Assembly: GCA_026988585.1 (NCBI GenBank)
Contig: JALSKY010000293.1
Coordinates: 1-32,371, forward strand
DNA from: Deltaproteobacteria bacterium
Lineage (GTDB): Bacteria; Desulfobacterota; Dissulfuribacteria; Dissulfuribacterales; QOAL01
Reading direction: 5' to 3'
Length of the DNA: 32,371 nt
Of the stretch, positions 16,009 to 24,632 are shown piece after piece. The notes below the pieces were generated by a model. It searched no databases. It worked only from the letters and a program-made list of their open reading frames with translations, and was not told where the DNA came from. The number at the start of each line of letters is the position of its first letter. The stretch's first letter is position 1. Made by a program: the position numbers and the translations under genes.

Positions 16009-19000
16009 ATGGCGCACAGAATAGAAGTGGCTTTGAAGCCGGGTTTTTTGGATGCTCATGGAGAGAAAGTTCTAAAACAGGCCAGGGAAGATCTGCACCT
16101 CAATAATATCCAGGCAGTCAGGACAATAAAGGTATTCCTGGTAGATTCAGATCTGGACGACAAATCGCTCATAGCCATGGCAACAGGTCCATGCTCCGAT
16201 CCTGTGATTCAGCACTACTCCATAGATGCACCTATGGCACCACAACTATTTGATTCCTCAGCGCCAGACTGGATCATCGAGGTAGGTTACAGACCTGGAG
16301 TAACAGATAATGAAGGTAAGGTCGCCCGTGAGGCCCTGGAGCTGATGATAGGTGAGTTGCCCAGCGGCAGGGGTGTATATACTGCTGTTCAGTACTGCAT
16401 CCAAGGCCCCCTCAGCCGTGAAGAGATGGAGGAACTGGCCACGGGGCTGCTGTGCAATGACCTGATTCAACGCCATATAGTTGTGAGTTTTCAGGATCTT
16501 AACTCTTTATATCATCAGGAGGGCAGTCCATTCTATTTTGTTCCAAGGGTCACCGGCACCACTGAGATAGTGGTGGAGCAGATAGATCTCTCAGAGATGA
16601 CCGACCAGGAACTCATAGAGCTCTCCAAAAACAGGGTCCTTGTGTTGAATCTGCAGGAGATGAAGATCCTTCAAAAACATCTTCAGGACCCGTCAGTACT
16701 GGAAGAGCGCAAAAAGATGGGGCTTGGCAGGGCTTATACCGATCTGGAACTTGAAGCCCTGGCACAAACCTGGTCAGAACATTGCAAACACAAGATATTC
16801 AATGCAAAGATCACCTATCGCACGCCAGATGGAGAAGAACAGATAGACAGCCTCTTTGACACCTATATCCGCAGGGGAACCCAGGAGATAAGAAGAAAAA
16901 GGGGCGAACAGGACTGGTGTCTCTCGGTCTTTAAGGACAATGCCGGTGTTATCAGCCTCAATGAGAAATGGAATGTAGCCTTCAAGGTAGAGACCCACAA
17001 CAGTCCGTCGGCCCTGGATCCTTATGGCGGTGCACTTACAGGCATTGTTGGTGTGAACCGTGACCCGTTTGGTACCGGACTTGGCGCCAGACTGGTTTTC
17101 AACACCGATGTGTTCTGTTTTGGTCCTCCTGATTGGGACCAGCCCCTGCCCAAGGGCCTCCTCCATCCAAAGAGGATCTTTGAAGGGGTACGGGAGGGGG
17201 TAGAACATGGAGGCAACCAGAGCGGCATACCCACTGTCAACGGTTCTATCCTCTTCGACGAACGTTATCTTGGGAAACCCCTGGTCTTCTGTGGAACTGG
17301 GGGATTAATGCCCAAGAAAATTGGAGACAGACCCAGCCATGAAAAGAAGGCCCAGCCTGGAGATGCCATAGTCATGTGCGGGGGCAGGATAGGCAAGGAT
17401 GGTATTCACGGGGCAACCTTCAGCTCAGAGGAGCTTCATGAGGGTTCACCAGCAACTGCTGTTCAGATCGGCGATCCCATCACCCAGAAGAAGATGTTCG
17501 ATTTTCTCCTCAGGGCCAGGGATCTCGGCCTCTATAACTCTATTACAGACAATGGTGCAGGTGGTCTCTCCTCCTCTGTAGGCGAAATGGCTGAAGAATC
17601 CGGAGGTTTTGAACTGCATCTGGATCGTGCCCCCCTTAAATATCCCGGTCTGCAACCTTGGGAGATCCTGGTATCAGAAGCGCAGGAGAGGATGACCCTT
17701 GCAGTTCCCCAGGAGAAGTTAGACCAGTTCCTTGCCCTTTCAAAAAAGATGGATGTTGAATCCACGGTCCTTGGAACTTTCACAGATTCAGGAAAGTTTC
17801 ACTGTCTCTATAACGGCAGGACCGTTGCCTATCTCGATCTGGATTTTGTCCATAACGGTGTTCCGCAGATGGAGCTCACTGCCATCTGGGAGGAACCGGT
17901 ACACCCTGAGCCGGATATGCCTGAGCCAGAAGACCTGGGCAGAGAACTCAAAAAACTCCTGTCCCGGTTCAATATCTGCAGCAAGGAATATGTGGTTAGG
18001 CAATATGATCATGAGGTGCAGGGGGGGAGTGTGATCAAGCCCCTGACCGGCCTGATGGATGATGGGCCAAGTGACGCCGCAGTCATCAGGCCGGACCTTG
18101 AGCGTCTTGACGGACTGGTTGTTTCCCACGGTATAATACCAAGATATAGTGATATCGATACCTATCACATGACCATGTGTGCGGTGGATGAGGCGGTCAG
18201 GAATGCCATCTGCGTAGGGGCCTCTCTGGATCACATGGCAGGTCTGGACAACTTCTGCTGGTGTGATCCGGTACAGTCGGAAAAGACACCTGACGGCCAC
18301 TACAAGCTGGCACAACTTGTAAGGGCAAACAAGGCCCTGTATGAGATCTGTACTGCCTATGGTGTGCCTTGTATCTCCGGCAAGGACAGCATGAAAAACG
18401 ATGCCAAGATCGGCAGCGTCAAGATCTCCATTCCGCCTACCCTGCTCTTTTCTGTCATTGCACGCATCAGAAATGTAGAACAGGCCGTCACCATGGATGC
18501 CAAAGAGCCTGGTCATGCTGTATATATTCTTGGCATAACCCGCCCTGAAATGGGGGCATCCGAGTATTTTGTCATGAACGGATTTATCGGCAACACAGTA
18601 CCAATGGTTGATATAGAGAGTGCCCTCGCCCGTTACCATGCACTGGAACAGGCCATCAGCAAGGGGCTTGTAGCCTCTTGTCATGACTGTTCTGATGGAG
18701 GCATGGCCGTTGCCCTTGCTGAGACTGCCTTTTCCGGCGGTCTCGGAATGGAGATTGACCTGGATTCTGTTCTCCAGGACCAGGTGGAAAGGCTGGACCA
18801 CCTGCTTTTCAGCGAATCCCAGAGCAGATTCATTGTTACCGTCCCGGAATCGGATTGTACAGCCTTTGAAGATATCATGGCTGATACCGGAATAGCCAGG
18901 ATCGGCACGGTAACCCATGAACCAACGCTACGTTTAAGTTCCAGGGGGGCTTTTGTGGTAGATGAGGCTATCACAGATCTCAAGGCCGCATGGAAGCAGC

Positions 19001-19014
19001 CCCTGGACTGGTAA
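16009..19014 (+). CDS. purL: Phosphoribosylformylglycinamidine synthase, PurL with N-terminal tandem PurS-like repeats (PurS-PurL fusion)
   Basis: 1001-aa ORF with an AAGGAG RBS. WSEHCKHKIF, FKVETHNSPSALDPYGGA and GKDSMKN are typical PurL (FGAM synthase II) motifs. Residues 1-80 (RIEVALKPGFLDAHGEKV) and ~88-165 (IIEVGYRPGVTDNEGKVA) both resemble PurS. Confidence 0.95.
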   Translation: MAHRIEVALKPGFLDAHGEKVLKQAREDLHLNNIQAVRTIKVFLVDSDLDDKSLIAMATGPCSDPVIQHYSIDAPMAPQLFDSSAPDWIIEVGYRPGVTDNEGKVAREALELMIGELPSGRGVYTAVQYCIQGPLSREEMEELATGLLCNDLIQRHIVVSFQDLNSLYHQEGSPFYFVPRVTGTTEIVVEQIDLSEMTDQELIELSKNRVLVLNLQEMKILQKHLQDPSVLEERKKMGLGRAYTDLELEALAQTWSEHCKHKIFNAKITYRTPDGEEQIDSLFDTYIRRGTQEIRRKRGEQDWCLSVFKDNAGVISLNEKWNVAFKVETHNSPSALDPYGGALTGIVGVNRDPFGTGLGARLVFNTDVFCFGPPDWDQPLPKGLLHPKRIFEGVREGVEHGGNQSGIPTVNGSILFDERYLGKPLVFCGTGGLMPKKIGDRPSHEKKAQPGDAIVMCGGRIGKDGIHGATFSSEELHEGSPATAVQIGDPITQKKMFDFLLRARDLGLYNSITDNGAGGLSSSVGEMAEESGGFELHLDRAPLKYPGLQPWEILVSEAQERMTLAVPQEKLDQFLALSKKMDVESTVLGTFTDSGKFHCLYNGRTVAYLDLDFVHNGVPQMELTAIWEEPVHPEPDMPEPEDLGRELKKLLSRFNICSKEYVVRQYDHEVQGGSVIKPLTGLMDDGPSDAAVIRPDLERLDGLVVSHGIIPRYSDIDTYHMTMCAVDEAVRNAICVGASLDHMAGLDNFCWCDPVQSEKTPDGHYKLAQLVRANKALYEICTAYGVPCISGKDSMKNDAKIGSVKISIPPTLLFSVIARIRNVEQAVTMDAKEPGHAVYILGITRPEMGASEYFVMNGFIGNTVPMVDIESALARYHALEQAISKGLVASCHDCSDGGMAVALAETAFSGGLGMEIDLDSVLQDQVERLDHLLFSESQSRFIVTVPESDCTAFEDIMADTGIARIGTVTHEPTLRLSSRGAFVVDEAITDLKAAWKQPLDW

Positions 19015-19029
19015 TGGAGAAATGCCAGG

Positions 19030-19599
19030 ATGAATAGAGAGGTGCCGTTTCCTGAGACAGAAATTATGATGTGTGAATCTTCAGATAAAAATAAAATCTC
19101 AAGTCAGGAATTGAAGGAGATCATTCAGGAAGAGTTGCTGCTGATCCGTCATTCTGGTGAAATTCCTGAGATCGCCCTGCACAATGCCATTCACTATCTC
19201 TTTTCCGATCCTGATGGCCCTGCCCTTCAGCCTGGGGATCTGGACCTTGTTCCGCTAAAACAGGCGGTAGTGGATCGGTATCGCCGCATCATCCTTAGGG
19301 ATCTGAATCCTGACAACCGTGACAGAAGGATTTACAGAGGCATTGAAAGAAGCCGGATCAACTGGAAACGTCTCTGCTCCTTCATGGAGAGGGAGGAGAT
19401 TACCGGTATCGATCCGATCAGGAAAGAGATTGCCGCACAACTAAAGAAATTTCTGAATCAGGAGACTAGAGACGTTCAATCAGGCAGGAGAAAACCAAGT
19501 ATAAACTGCACCATTGAAGAGCTAAAGGATTTCATGCAGGAACTTGGTATCAGAGATGAAGAGTTATCCAAGGGGTTAGAACAACTGTGTCCAGGTTAA
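19030..19599 (+). CDS. Hypothetical protein
   Basis: 189-aa ORF starting 15 bp after the purL stop, with GGAGAA upstream. It overlaps the next gene by 13 nt. It is charged, predicted helical, and has no motif I recognise. An alternative start at the MM pair 12 codons downstream is possible. Confidence 0.5.
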   Translation: MNREVPFPETEIMMCESSDKNKISSQELKEIIQEELLLIRHSGEIPEIALHNAIHYLFSDPDGPALQPGDLDLVPLKQAVVDRYRRIILRDLNPDNRDRRIYRGIERSRINWKRLCSFMEREEITGIDPIRKEIAAQLKKFLNQETRDVQSGRRKPSINCTIEELKDFMQELGIRDEELSKGLEQLCPG

Positions 19600-20699
19600 A
19601 ACCTGATCTGCAATGGAGTGAAACCCTGTTTTACAGCAGGGGAAAACTTGCTGCAGCAGTTACCATCTGTCTTGCCCTGCTCATTCTGGCAGCTGGCCTC
19701 AGGTTGCTTCTGCCGTTCTTCGAGCCAATTTGCTGGGCCATCATCCTTGCACTCTTCTTCAATCCCGTCTATGGCTACATTCTCAAGCTGTGCCGGGGGC
19801 TCTCAGGACTGGCATCCCTGCTAACATGTTTTCTGATAATCATATTTATTATCATTCCGGTCTTTGCCCTCCTGGCCAGCGTAACATCAGAGATCATAAA
19901 AACATACTCTGAGATGATGCGCCATGTCCAGGCTGGCACCTTTTCTCTTCTGCCTGATCCTGAACAGTTTCCAAGGCTTTACAAGGCAGCATCAAGGATA
20001 ATGGAGTTCATGGAGGCCAACAGCGTGGATCTCACAAGCAGCCTAATCACCCTGTCCAAGGGTGCAGGCGAGTATGTGCTGGCTCAAGGCACTGCTGTAT
20101 TCCGCAATGCTGCAACCATACTGTTCAAGGGTGCCCTGATGATGGTGATCCTCTTCTATCTTTTTACTGATGGTGCATGGATGCTCAGCTCCTTCAAGAG
20201 GCTTCTCCCCATGAGTCAGGAGGCGGCAGAGGAATTTATGCGCCTCACATCTGACGTGCTGTCTGCCACCCTTTATGGAAACCTGTTGACAGGGGCATTA
20301 CAGGCCGGGCTCGCCATTATAATCTTCTGGGCTCTGGACTTCTCCTCGGCAATCCTGCTGGGCATCCTTCTCGGGCTGAGCTCTTTTATCCCTATCGTTG
20401 GCACAGCTCTTGTCTGGGGTCCTGCGGTCCTCTATCTTTTTTTTACAGGATCATATGTAAAGTGCGTCATTTTACTGGCCCTATGCATACTCGTCATAAG
20501 CCAGATTGATTACTTTCTCCGGCCCTATTTTATCAGCGGCAAAACCGAGCTCCATAACCTCTTTCTCTTTCTGGGCATACTTGGTGGAATAGACACCTTT
20601 GGACTGCTTGGGCTGATACTCGGCCCAATACTTGTTGCCCTCTGCGTGGCAATTCTTGAACTCTATGCATCCAACTTTCTTCACAGAGCAAAGGTGTAG
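19587..20699 (+). CDS. AI-2E family transporter (PerM/YhhT, UPF0118) membrane protein
   Basis: 370-aa ORF with a GTG start. It has multiple TM helices with the family-typical layout, including FFEPICWAIILALFFNP near the N-terminus and IPIVGTALVWGPAVLYL, FGLLGLILGPILVA near the C-terminus. Confidence 0.8.
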   Translation: MSRLKPDLQWSETLFYSRGKLAAAVTICLALLILAAGLRLLLPFFEPICWAIILALFFNPVYGYILKLCRGLSGLASLLTCFLIIIFIIIPVFALLASVTSEIIKTYSEMMRHVQAGTFSLLPDPEQFPRLYKAASRIMEFMEANSVDLTSSLITLSKGAGEYVLAQGTAVFRNAATILFKGALMMVILFYLFTDGAWMLSSFKRLLPMSQEAAEEFMRLTSDVLSATLYGNLLTGALQAGLAIIIFWALDFSSAILLGILLGLSSFIPIVGTALVWGPAVLYLFFTGSYVKCVILLALCILVISQIDYFLRPYFISGKTELHNLFLFLGILGGIDTFGLLGLILGPILVALCVAILELYASNFLHRAKV

Positions 20700-20701
20700 C
20701 C

Positions 20702-21643
20702 ATGAAACTCAAAGATTACCATCCTGGCTACATAGATCTGCTGAAGTCAGGCCAGCTTGAGAAAAGGGTTGAGGCTGCGGAACAGCTCCTTGAATCCTGC
20801 ACCCTGTGTCCCAGAAACTGCAAGGTTGACAGGCTTTCAGGAGAGCGGGGTGCCTGTCGAATAGGCTCTACGGCTATGGTGGCAAGTTATGGGGCCCACT
20901 TTGGTGAAGAACGGGTACTCATTGGCCCTCCTGGCAGTGGCGGTTCAGGCACCATCTTTTTTTCCGGATGCAATCTCTCCTGTATCTACTGTCAGAACCA
21001 TGATATCAGTCAGTCTGCCACAGGGACTCCGATGCCACCTGAGATGCTGGCAGCCCTCTTCCTGTTGATGCAGCAGGGAGGCTGCCTCAACATCAACCTG
21101 GTAACCCCGACTCATGTTGTGCCCCAGATACTCAGGGCCCTCCTGATAGCAGCATCCCAGGGGCTAAACCTGCCTCTGGTCTATAATTGCGGAGGTTATG
21201 AATCAGAAGAGACACTGCATCTGCTCTCCGGCGTCATCGATATCTATATGCCGGATTTCAAATACTCTGACAACAAGGTGGGCCTGAAACTTTCGGGGGT
21301 GAAACAGTATTGGGATATTACTACCAGGGCTTTCAGGGAGATGCACCGCCAGGTAGGCGATCTGCTCCTGGACAGCGACAATATAGCCATGAAAGGGCTG
21401 CTTGTTCGTCACCTGGTCCTGCCTGAAAAACTAAGTGGATATGAAAAGATTTTTCCTTTTCTTGCCGAAGAGATATCCATGGATACCTTTATCAATATCA
21501 TGGATCAGTACCGGCCATGCTGGAAGGCAGGGACGCATCCGGTTCTTCACAGGGCCATTACCCGTGAAGAGTTCATGGATGCCCTTGATTGTGCCAGGCA
21601 GGCAGGATTGAGACGGATAATGCAGTTAATGCAGTTTGATTGA
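20702..21643 (+). CDS. PflX-type radical SAM protein (COG1313, pyruvate formate-lyase activase homologue of unknown substrate)
   Basis: 313-aa ORF starting 3 nt after the preceding stop. It has LESCTLCPRNCKVDRLSGERGACRIG, then GSGTIFFSGCNLSCIYCQNHDIS (CX3CX2C). Confidence 0.9.
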   Translation: MKLKDYHPGYIDLLKSGQLEKRVEAAEQLLESCTLCPRNCKVDRLSGERGACRIGSTAMVASYGAHFGEERVLIGPPGSGGSGTIFFSGCNLSCIYCQNHDISQSATGTPMPPEMLAALFLLMQQGGCLNINLVTPTHVVPQILRALLIAASQGLNLPLVYNCGGYESEETLHLLSGVIDIYMPDFKYSDNKVGLKLSGVKQYWDITTRAFREMHRQVGDLLLDSDNIAMKGLLVRHLVLPEKLSGYEKIFPFLAEEISMDTFINIMDQYRPCWKAGTHPVLHRAITREEFMDALDCARQAGLRRIMQLMQFD

Positions 21644-21744
21644 TCTTTACAAAAATCGATGCAACTTACTGCAATTACAGTTAAATTTAAGCTATACCCT
21701 CCAGGAATGGTTGACTATCAATTTATGAATTTAATTCAAGTCGT

Positions 21745-21750
21745 TATAAT
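21745..21750 (+). promoter_or_regulatory. Candidate -10 hexamer (TATAAT) for the phosphoesterase gene
   Basis: Perfect TATAAT 33 nt upstream of the ATG at 21783, in a 139-bp AT-rich gap. Only a weak -35 (TTTATG at 17-bp spacing) is present. Confidence 0.3.
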
Positions 21751-21782
21751 TCCTTGAATCCAAAAGAAAGACAGAGTTTCAG

Positions 21783-22415
21783 ATGAGAAGAATCTATGCA
21801 GTGGGAGATATTCACGGCTGCTACGACAAATTTTCCGCCCTGCTCAAAGAGATACCAATAGATTGGAGCCTTGACCAGATTATAATACTTGGCGATTTTA
21901 TCGACCGTGGACCTGAGCCAAAACGGGTAGTAGAACTGTTGCTGGATCTCAAATTTGATCATCCAGACGCCTTCACTGTCCTGATGGGAAATCATGAAAG
22001 GATGTTCCTGAACTATCTGGAAGCCCCTGATGAAAACAGCAACTATCTCCTCTTTGGCGGCCAAACTACGGTGGATGATTATACCAGCATCAGTAAAGGG
22101 CTGTCGGTTCCTGAATCTCATTTGAGATTTCTTCAGTCACTGCCCCTCATGGAGCTGACTGAAAAGTTCTGCTTCGTGCATGCAGGGCTGCGTCCTGGCA
22201 TTCCGATCCAGGAGCAGAAGGATGAAGATCTCCTGCTCATCAGGAATGATTTTATCCGTTCTAAATATGACTGGGGGAGACGGGTGATATTCGGTCACAC
22301 GCCCTTCGATCAACCTCTTCTCATGGAAAACAAGATAGGCATAGACACCGGGGCGGTCTATGGAGGCAGGCTCACCTGTCTGATACTGCCTGACGTAGAT
22401 TTTATTTTCGTTTGA
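21783..22415 (+). CDS. Metallophosphoesterase (PPP-family Ser/Thr phosphatase / ApaH-like)
   Basis: 210-aa ORF. It has IYAVGDIHGCYDKF, ILGDFIDRGP, LMGNHE and FGHTP, the calcineurin-like phosphoesterase motifs. Confidence 0.85.
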   Translation: MRRIYAVGDIHGCYDKFSALLKEIPIDWSLDQIIILGDFIDRGPEPKRVVELLLDLKFDHPDAFTVLMGNHERMFLNYLEAPDENSNYLLFGGQTTVDDYTSISKGLSVPESHLRFLQSLPLMELTEKFCFVHAGLRPGIPIQEQKDEDLLLIRNDFIRSKYDWGRRVIFGHTPFDQPLLMENKIGIDTGAVYGGRLTCLILPDVDFIFV

Positions 22416-22450
22416 GAGTTATCTCCAGACAACTTGGTAAGGAAAAGCAG

Positions 22451-22491
22451 GTTACCATTGTCGTATCCGGCAATGGAACTTTTTTTATTTC
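22451..22491 (+). terminator. Rho-independent terminator downstream of the phosphoesterase gene
   Basis: GTT(A)CCATTG-tcgtatccgg-CAATGGAAC forms a 9-bp stem with one bulged A. It is followed directly by TTTTTTTTATTT and begins 36 nt after the stop at 22415. Confidence 0.6.
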
Positions 22492-22569
22492 TGATATCTT
22501 TACAGGCCCGACTGAAAAACGAGCAAGCCCTGTTTACTTTTTTATTTCAAGAAAAAAAATGGAGGAAAA

Positions 22570-22995
22570 ATGGCAAGAAAAGGGGATAAGGATTACAGGG
22601 ACTCACTGGAGCGTGCCCTGGAAGATCCGAGACTGAAAAGCCACTATCTCAAGGAGGTTGATCGGCTTTTCAAAGGGAAGAAGGGAACAGACGAACATGA
22701 CAAGATGCTGCAAAGGCTTCATGATTCCTATGGTACCGGTAACTTCTCCAAGACAGCCAAAAAATATATCAAATCCTTTGGGCTGCCTGATGAATGGGGG
22801 GCCCTGCTTCTGCTGCTGGACCTGGAAGGTGAGAGCGAAACAGTTTGTCAAGCCATGGAACGCCTGGTAGAAATGAGCAAGGAACGCAATCAGGTGGAAA
22901 AGCGTGGCCTCAAGAGCAAGCTGACAGTTCTTGCATCCACATCTACTGATTTGGCCATTATGGAGGCTGCAGAATCCCTTCTTGCAGAGTTTTAA
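22570..22995 (+). CDS. Hypothetical protein
   Basis: 141-aa ORF with a GGAGGA RBS at 22561-22566, 4 nt before the ATG. It follows the terminator, so it probably heads its own transcript together with xerD. It is charged and helical, with no recognised motif. Confidence 0.55.
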   Translation: MARKGDKDYRDSLERALEDPRLKSHYLKEVDRLFKGKKGTDEHDKMLQRLHDSYGTGNFSKTAKKYIKSFGLPDEWGALLLLLDLEGESETVCQAMERLVEMSKERNQVEKRGLKSKLTVLASTSTDLAIMEAAESLLAEF

Positions 22996-23026
22996 TGATT
23001 ACAAGTGATATGAGCAGCTTGGTCCA

Positions 23027-23944
23027 ATGAAGGCAGAAGATCAAAAAGTCTCCTGGGATCAGGCCATAGATCAATTTCTATCCTATTTATTTGTAGAAAA
23101 GGGTTTATCAACAAACACCCTTGAAGCTTACAGTCGTGATCTAATCAATTTCCAGGAGTTTATGGAAAAAAATTGCAGCATCACAGATCCGGTTAAGACA
23201 GATACCGGAGATGTGTTGGCGTGGCTTAGGGGCCTTAAGGATTCAGGACGATCGGCCTCATCCATCACCAGGGCACTTTCACCGGTCAGGGGATTTTTCC
23301 GCTTCATGATTATGGAGTTCGGGCTGCGGAGTTCGCCCACCTCTGTCATTGGTAATCCGATTCGCGGGCGTACCCTTCCCATAGTTTTGGATCCGTCAGA
23401 GGTGGAAAAACTGATGCACGCTCCAGATCTATCCAAAGACAGCGGGATCAGGGACAGGGCACTTCTCGAGATACTCTACTCCTGTGGCCTTAGGGCATCT
23501 GAGGCTGCCGCTCTTCAACTGGCAGATGCAGATCTGAAAAACGGATTTCTTAGAGTGACAGGCAAAGGCCGCAAGGAAAGAATAGTGCCAATGGGAGAAG
23601 AGGCGATAACCTGGCTCAAAAGTTATCTCAAAGGCCCCAGGTCTCGATTGCTTAAAAAGGGTAACTCCTTCTTCATATTTGTCAGCAACAGGTCCAAACC
23701 TCTTTCCCGCCAGAGGATTTGGCAGCTAATAAAAAAATATGCATTGCTTGCAGGGATCCATAAAAATGTCTATCCCCATGTGCTCAGACACTCCTTTGCC
23801 ACTCATCTTCTTGAAGGAGGTGCAGATCTGAGATCTGTCCAGCTGCTTCTTGGGCATAGTGATATTGGCACCACCCAGATCTACACCCACGTGGATATCA
23901 GCAGGCTAAGAAAGATCCACCGGCAATACCATCCAAGGGGATAG
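23027..23944 (+). CDS. xerD: Site-specific tyrosine recombinase XerD (XerC/XerD family)
   Basis: 305-aa ORF. The N-terminus is FLSYLFVEKGLSTNTLEAYSRDLINF. The catalytic region has GLRASEA, HVLRHSFATHLLEGGADLRSVQLLLGHSDIGTTQIYTHV (R..HxxR..Y). The XerD versus XerC assignment rests on the N-terminal motif only. Confidence 0.85.
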   Translation: MKAEDQKVSWDQAIDQFLSYLFVEKGLSTNTLEAYSRDLINFQEFMEKNCSITDPVKTDTGDVLAWLRGLKDSGRSASSITRALSPVRGFFRFMIMEFGLRSSPTSVIGNPIRGRTLPIVLDPSEVEKLMHAPDLSKDSGIRDRALLEILYSCGLRASEAAALQLADADLKNGFLRVTGKGRKERIVPMGEEAITWLKSYLKGPRSRLLKKGNSFFIFVSNRSKPLSRQRIWQLIKKYALLAGIHKNVYPHVLRHSFATHLLEGGADLRSVQLLLGHSDIGTTQIYTHVDISRLRKIHRQYHPRG

Positions 23945-24561
23945 TGATGCTCGTCGGTCTCACAGGTCAGATAGGCAGTGGGAAATCAACGGTTCTAAAG
24001 ATCTTCAAAGAGCTCGGCGCCATAACAGTCAGTGCAGACCAACTGGCCCATGAGGCCTTAGAGCAGCCTGCTATAAAGCAGGCCATACTCTCTGCAGCAG
24101 GCAATGATCTACTTGACAGAGACGGGGCAATCAACAGAGAGGCATTGGCAGAGGTGATATTCGCATCTGAGGACAAACGGAAGAGAGTCGAGGAGATTAT
24201 TCACCCCTATGTCTTCAGACAGATTGAAAAAGTTGCCAAGAGATACTCTGCAATGCCGGACAAGATCATAGTGGCTGAAATACCCCTGCTTTTTGAGAGC
24301 GGCTACCAGGACCAGGTTGATCTAACCATAACGGTTACCTGCCCTGAGGAGAAGATATTTGAACGGATAGCGGCCCGTGGAATGACACTGTCACAGTTTG
24401 AAGCAAGGGCCAGATGCCAGCTCTCCCAGAGTGACAAGGCGGCTAGGGCTGATTACTGTATTGATAACTGCGGCTCCCTGGAGGAGCTTAGGGAAAAGGT
24501 GGAAAAGGTATGGAAGAGTCTTCTCCAGCAAAAGCGAGATGATTCAAGCCATCAATCCTGA
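23944..24561 (+). CDS. coaE: Dephospho-CoA kinase
   Basis: 205-aa ORF with a GTG start overlapping the xerD stop by 1 nt (TAGTG). It has the P-loop GLTGQIGSGKST and later IIHPYV and EIPLLFESG. Confidence 0.9.
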   Translation: MMLVGLTGQIGSGKSTVLKIFKELGAITVSADQLAHEALEQPAIKQAILSAAGNDLLDRDGAINREALAEVIFASEDKRKRVEEIIHPYVFRQIEKVAKRYSAMPDKIIVAEIPLLFESGYQDQVDLTITVTCPEEKIFERIAARGMTLSQFEARARCQLSQSDKAARADYCIDNCGSLEELREKVEKVWKSLLQQKRDDSSHQS

Positions 24562-24632
24562 ACTTCTCTCATTTCATAAAAACTGTTGCTGGTTTATATT
24601 GCTATTCACATTCCACCACAAAGGCTGATTTT

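Noticed and set aside
17788-18918. 376-aa ORF antisense to purL. Similar ORFs are 16774-17208 (antisense to purL), 1402-1887 (antisense to the ligase), 14846-15535 (antisense to the K+ channel), 25898-26539 (antisense to nfeD) and 2234-2866 (antisense to the phosphatase).
   Set aside because: Each is codon-aligned with the sense gene, since the coordinate differences 1779, 765, 987, 36, 390 and 228 are all multiples of 3. Their openness only reflects the absence of TTA/CTA/TCA codons in the sense frame. They have no RBS, low-complexity or odd composition, and lie wholly inside well-supported conserved genes.
22412-22636. 74-aa ORF spanning the gap after the phosphoesterase gene
   Set aside because: It runs straight through the intrinsic terminator hairpin and T-tract, and through the RBS and start of the better-supported 22570 ORF, in another frame.
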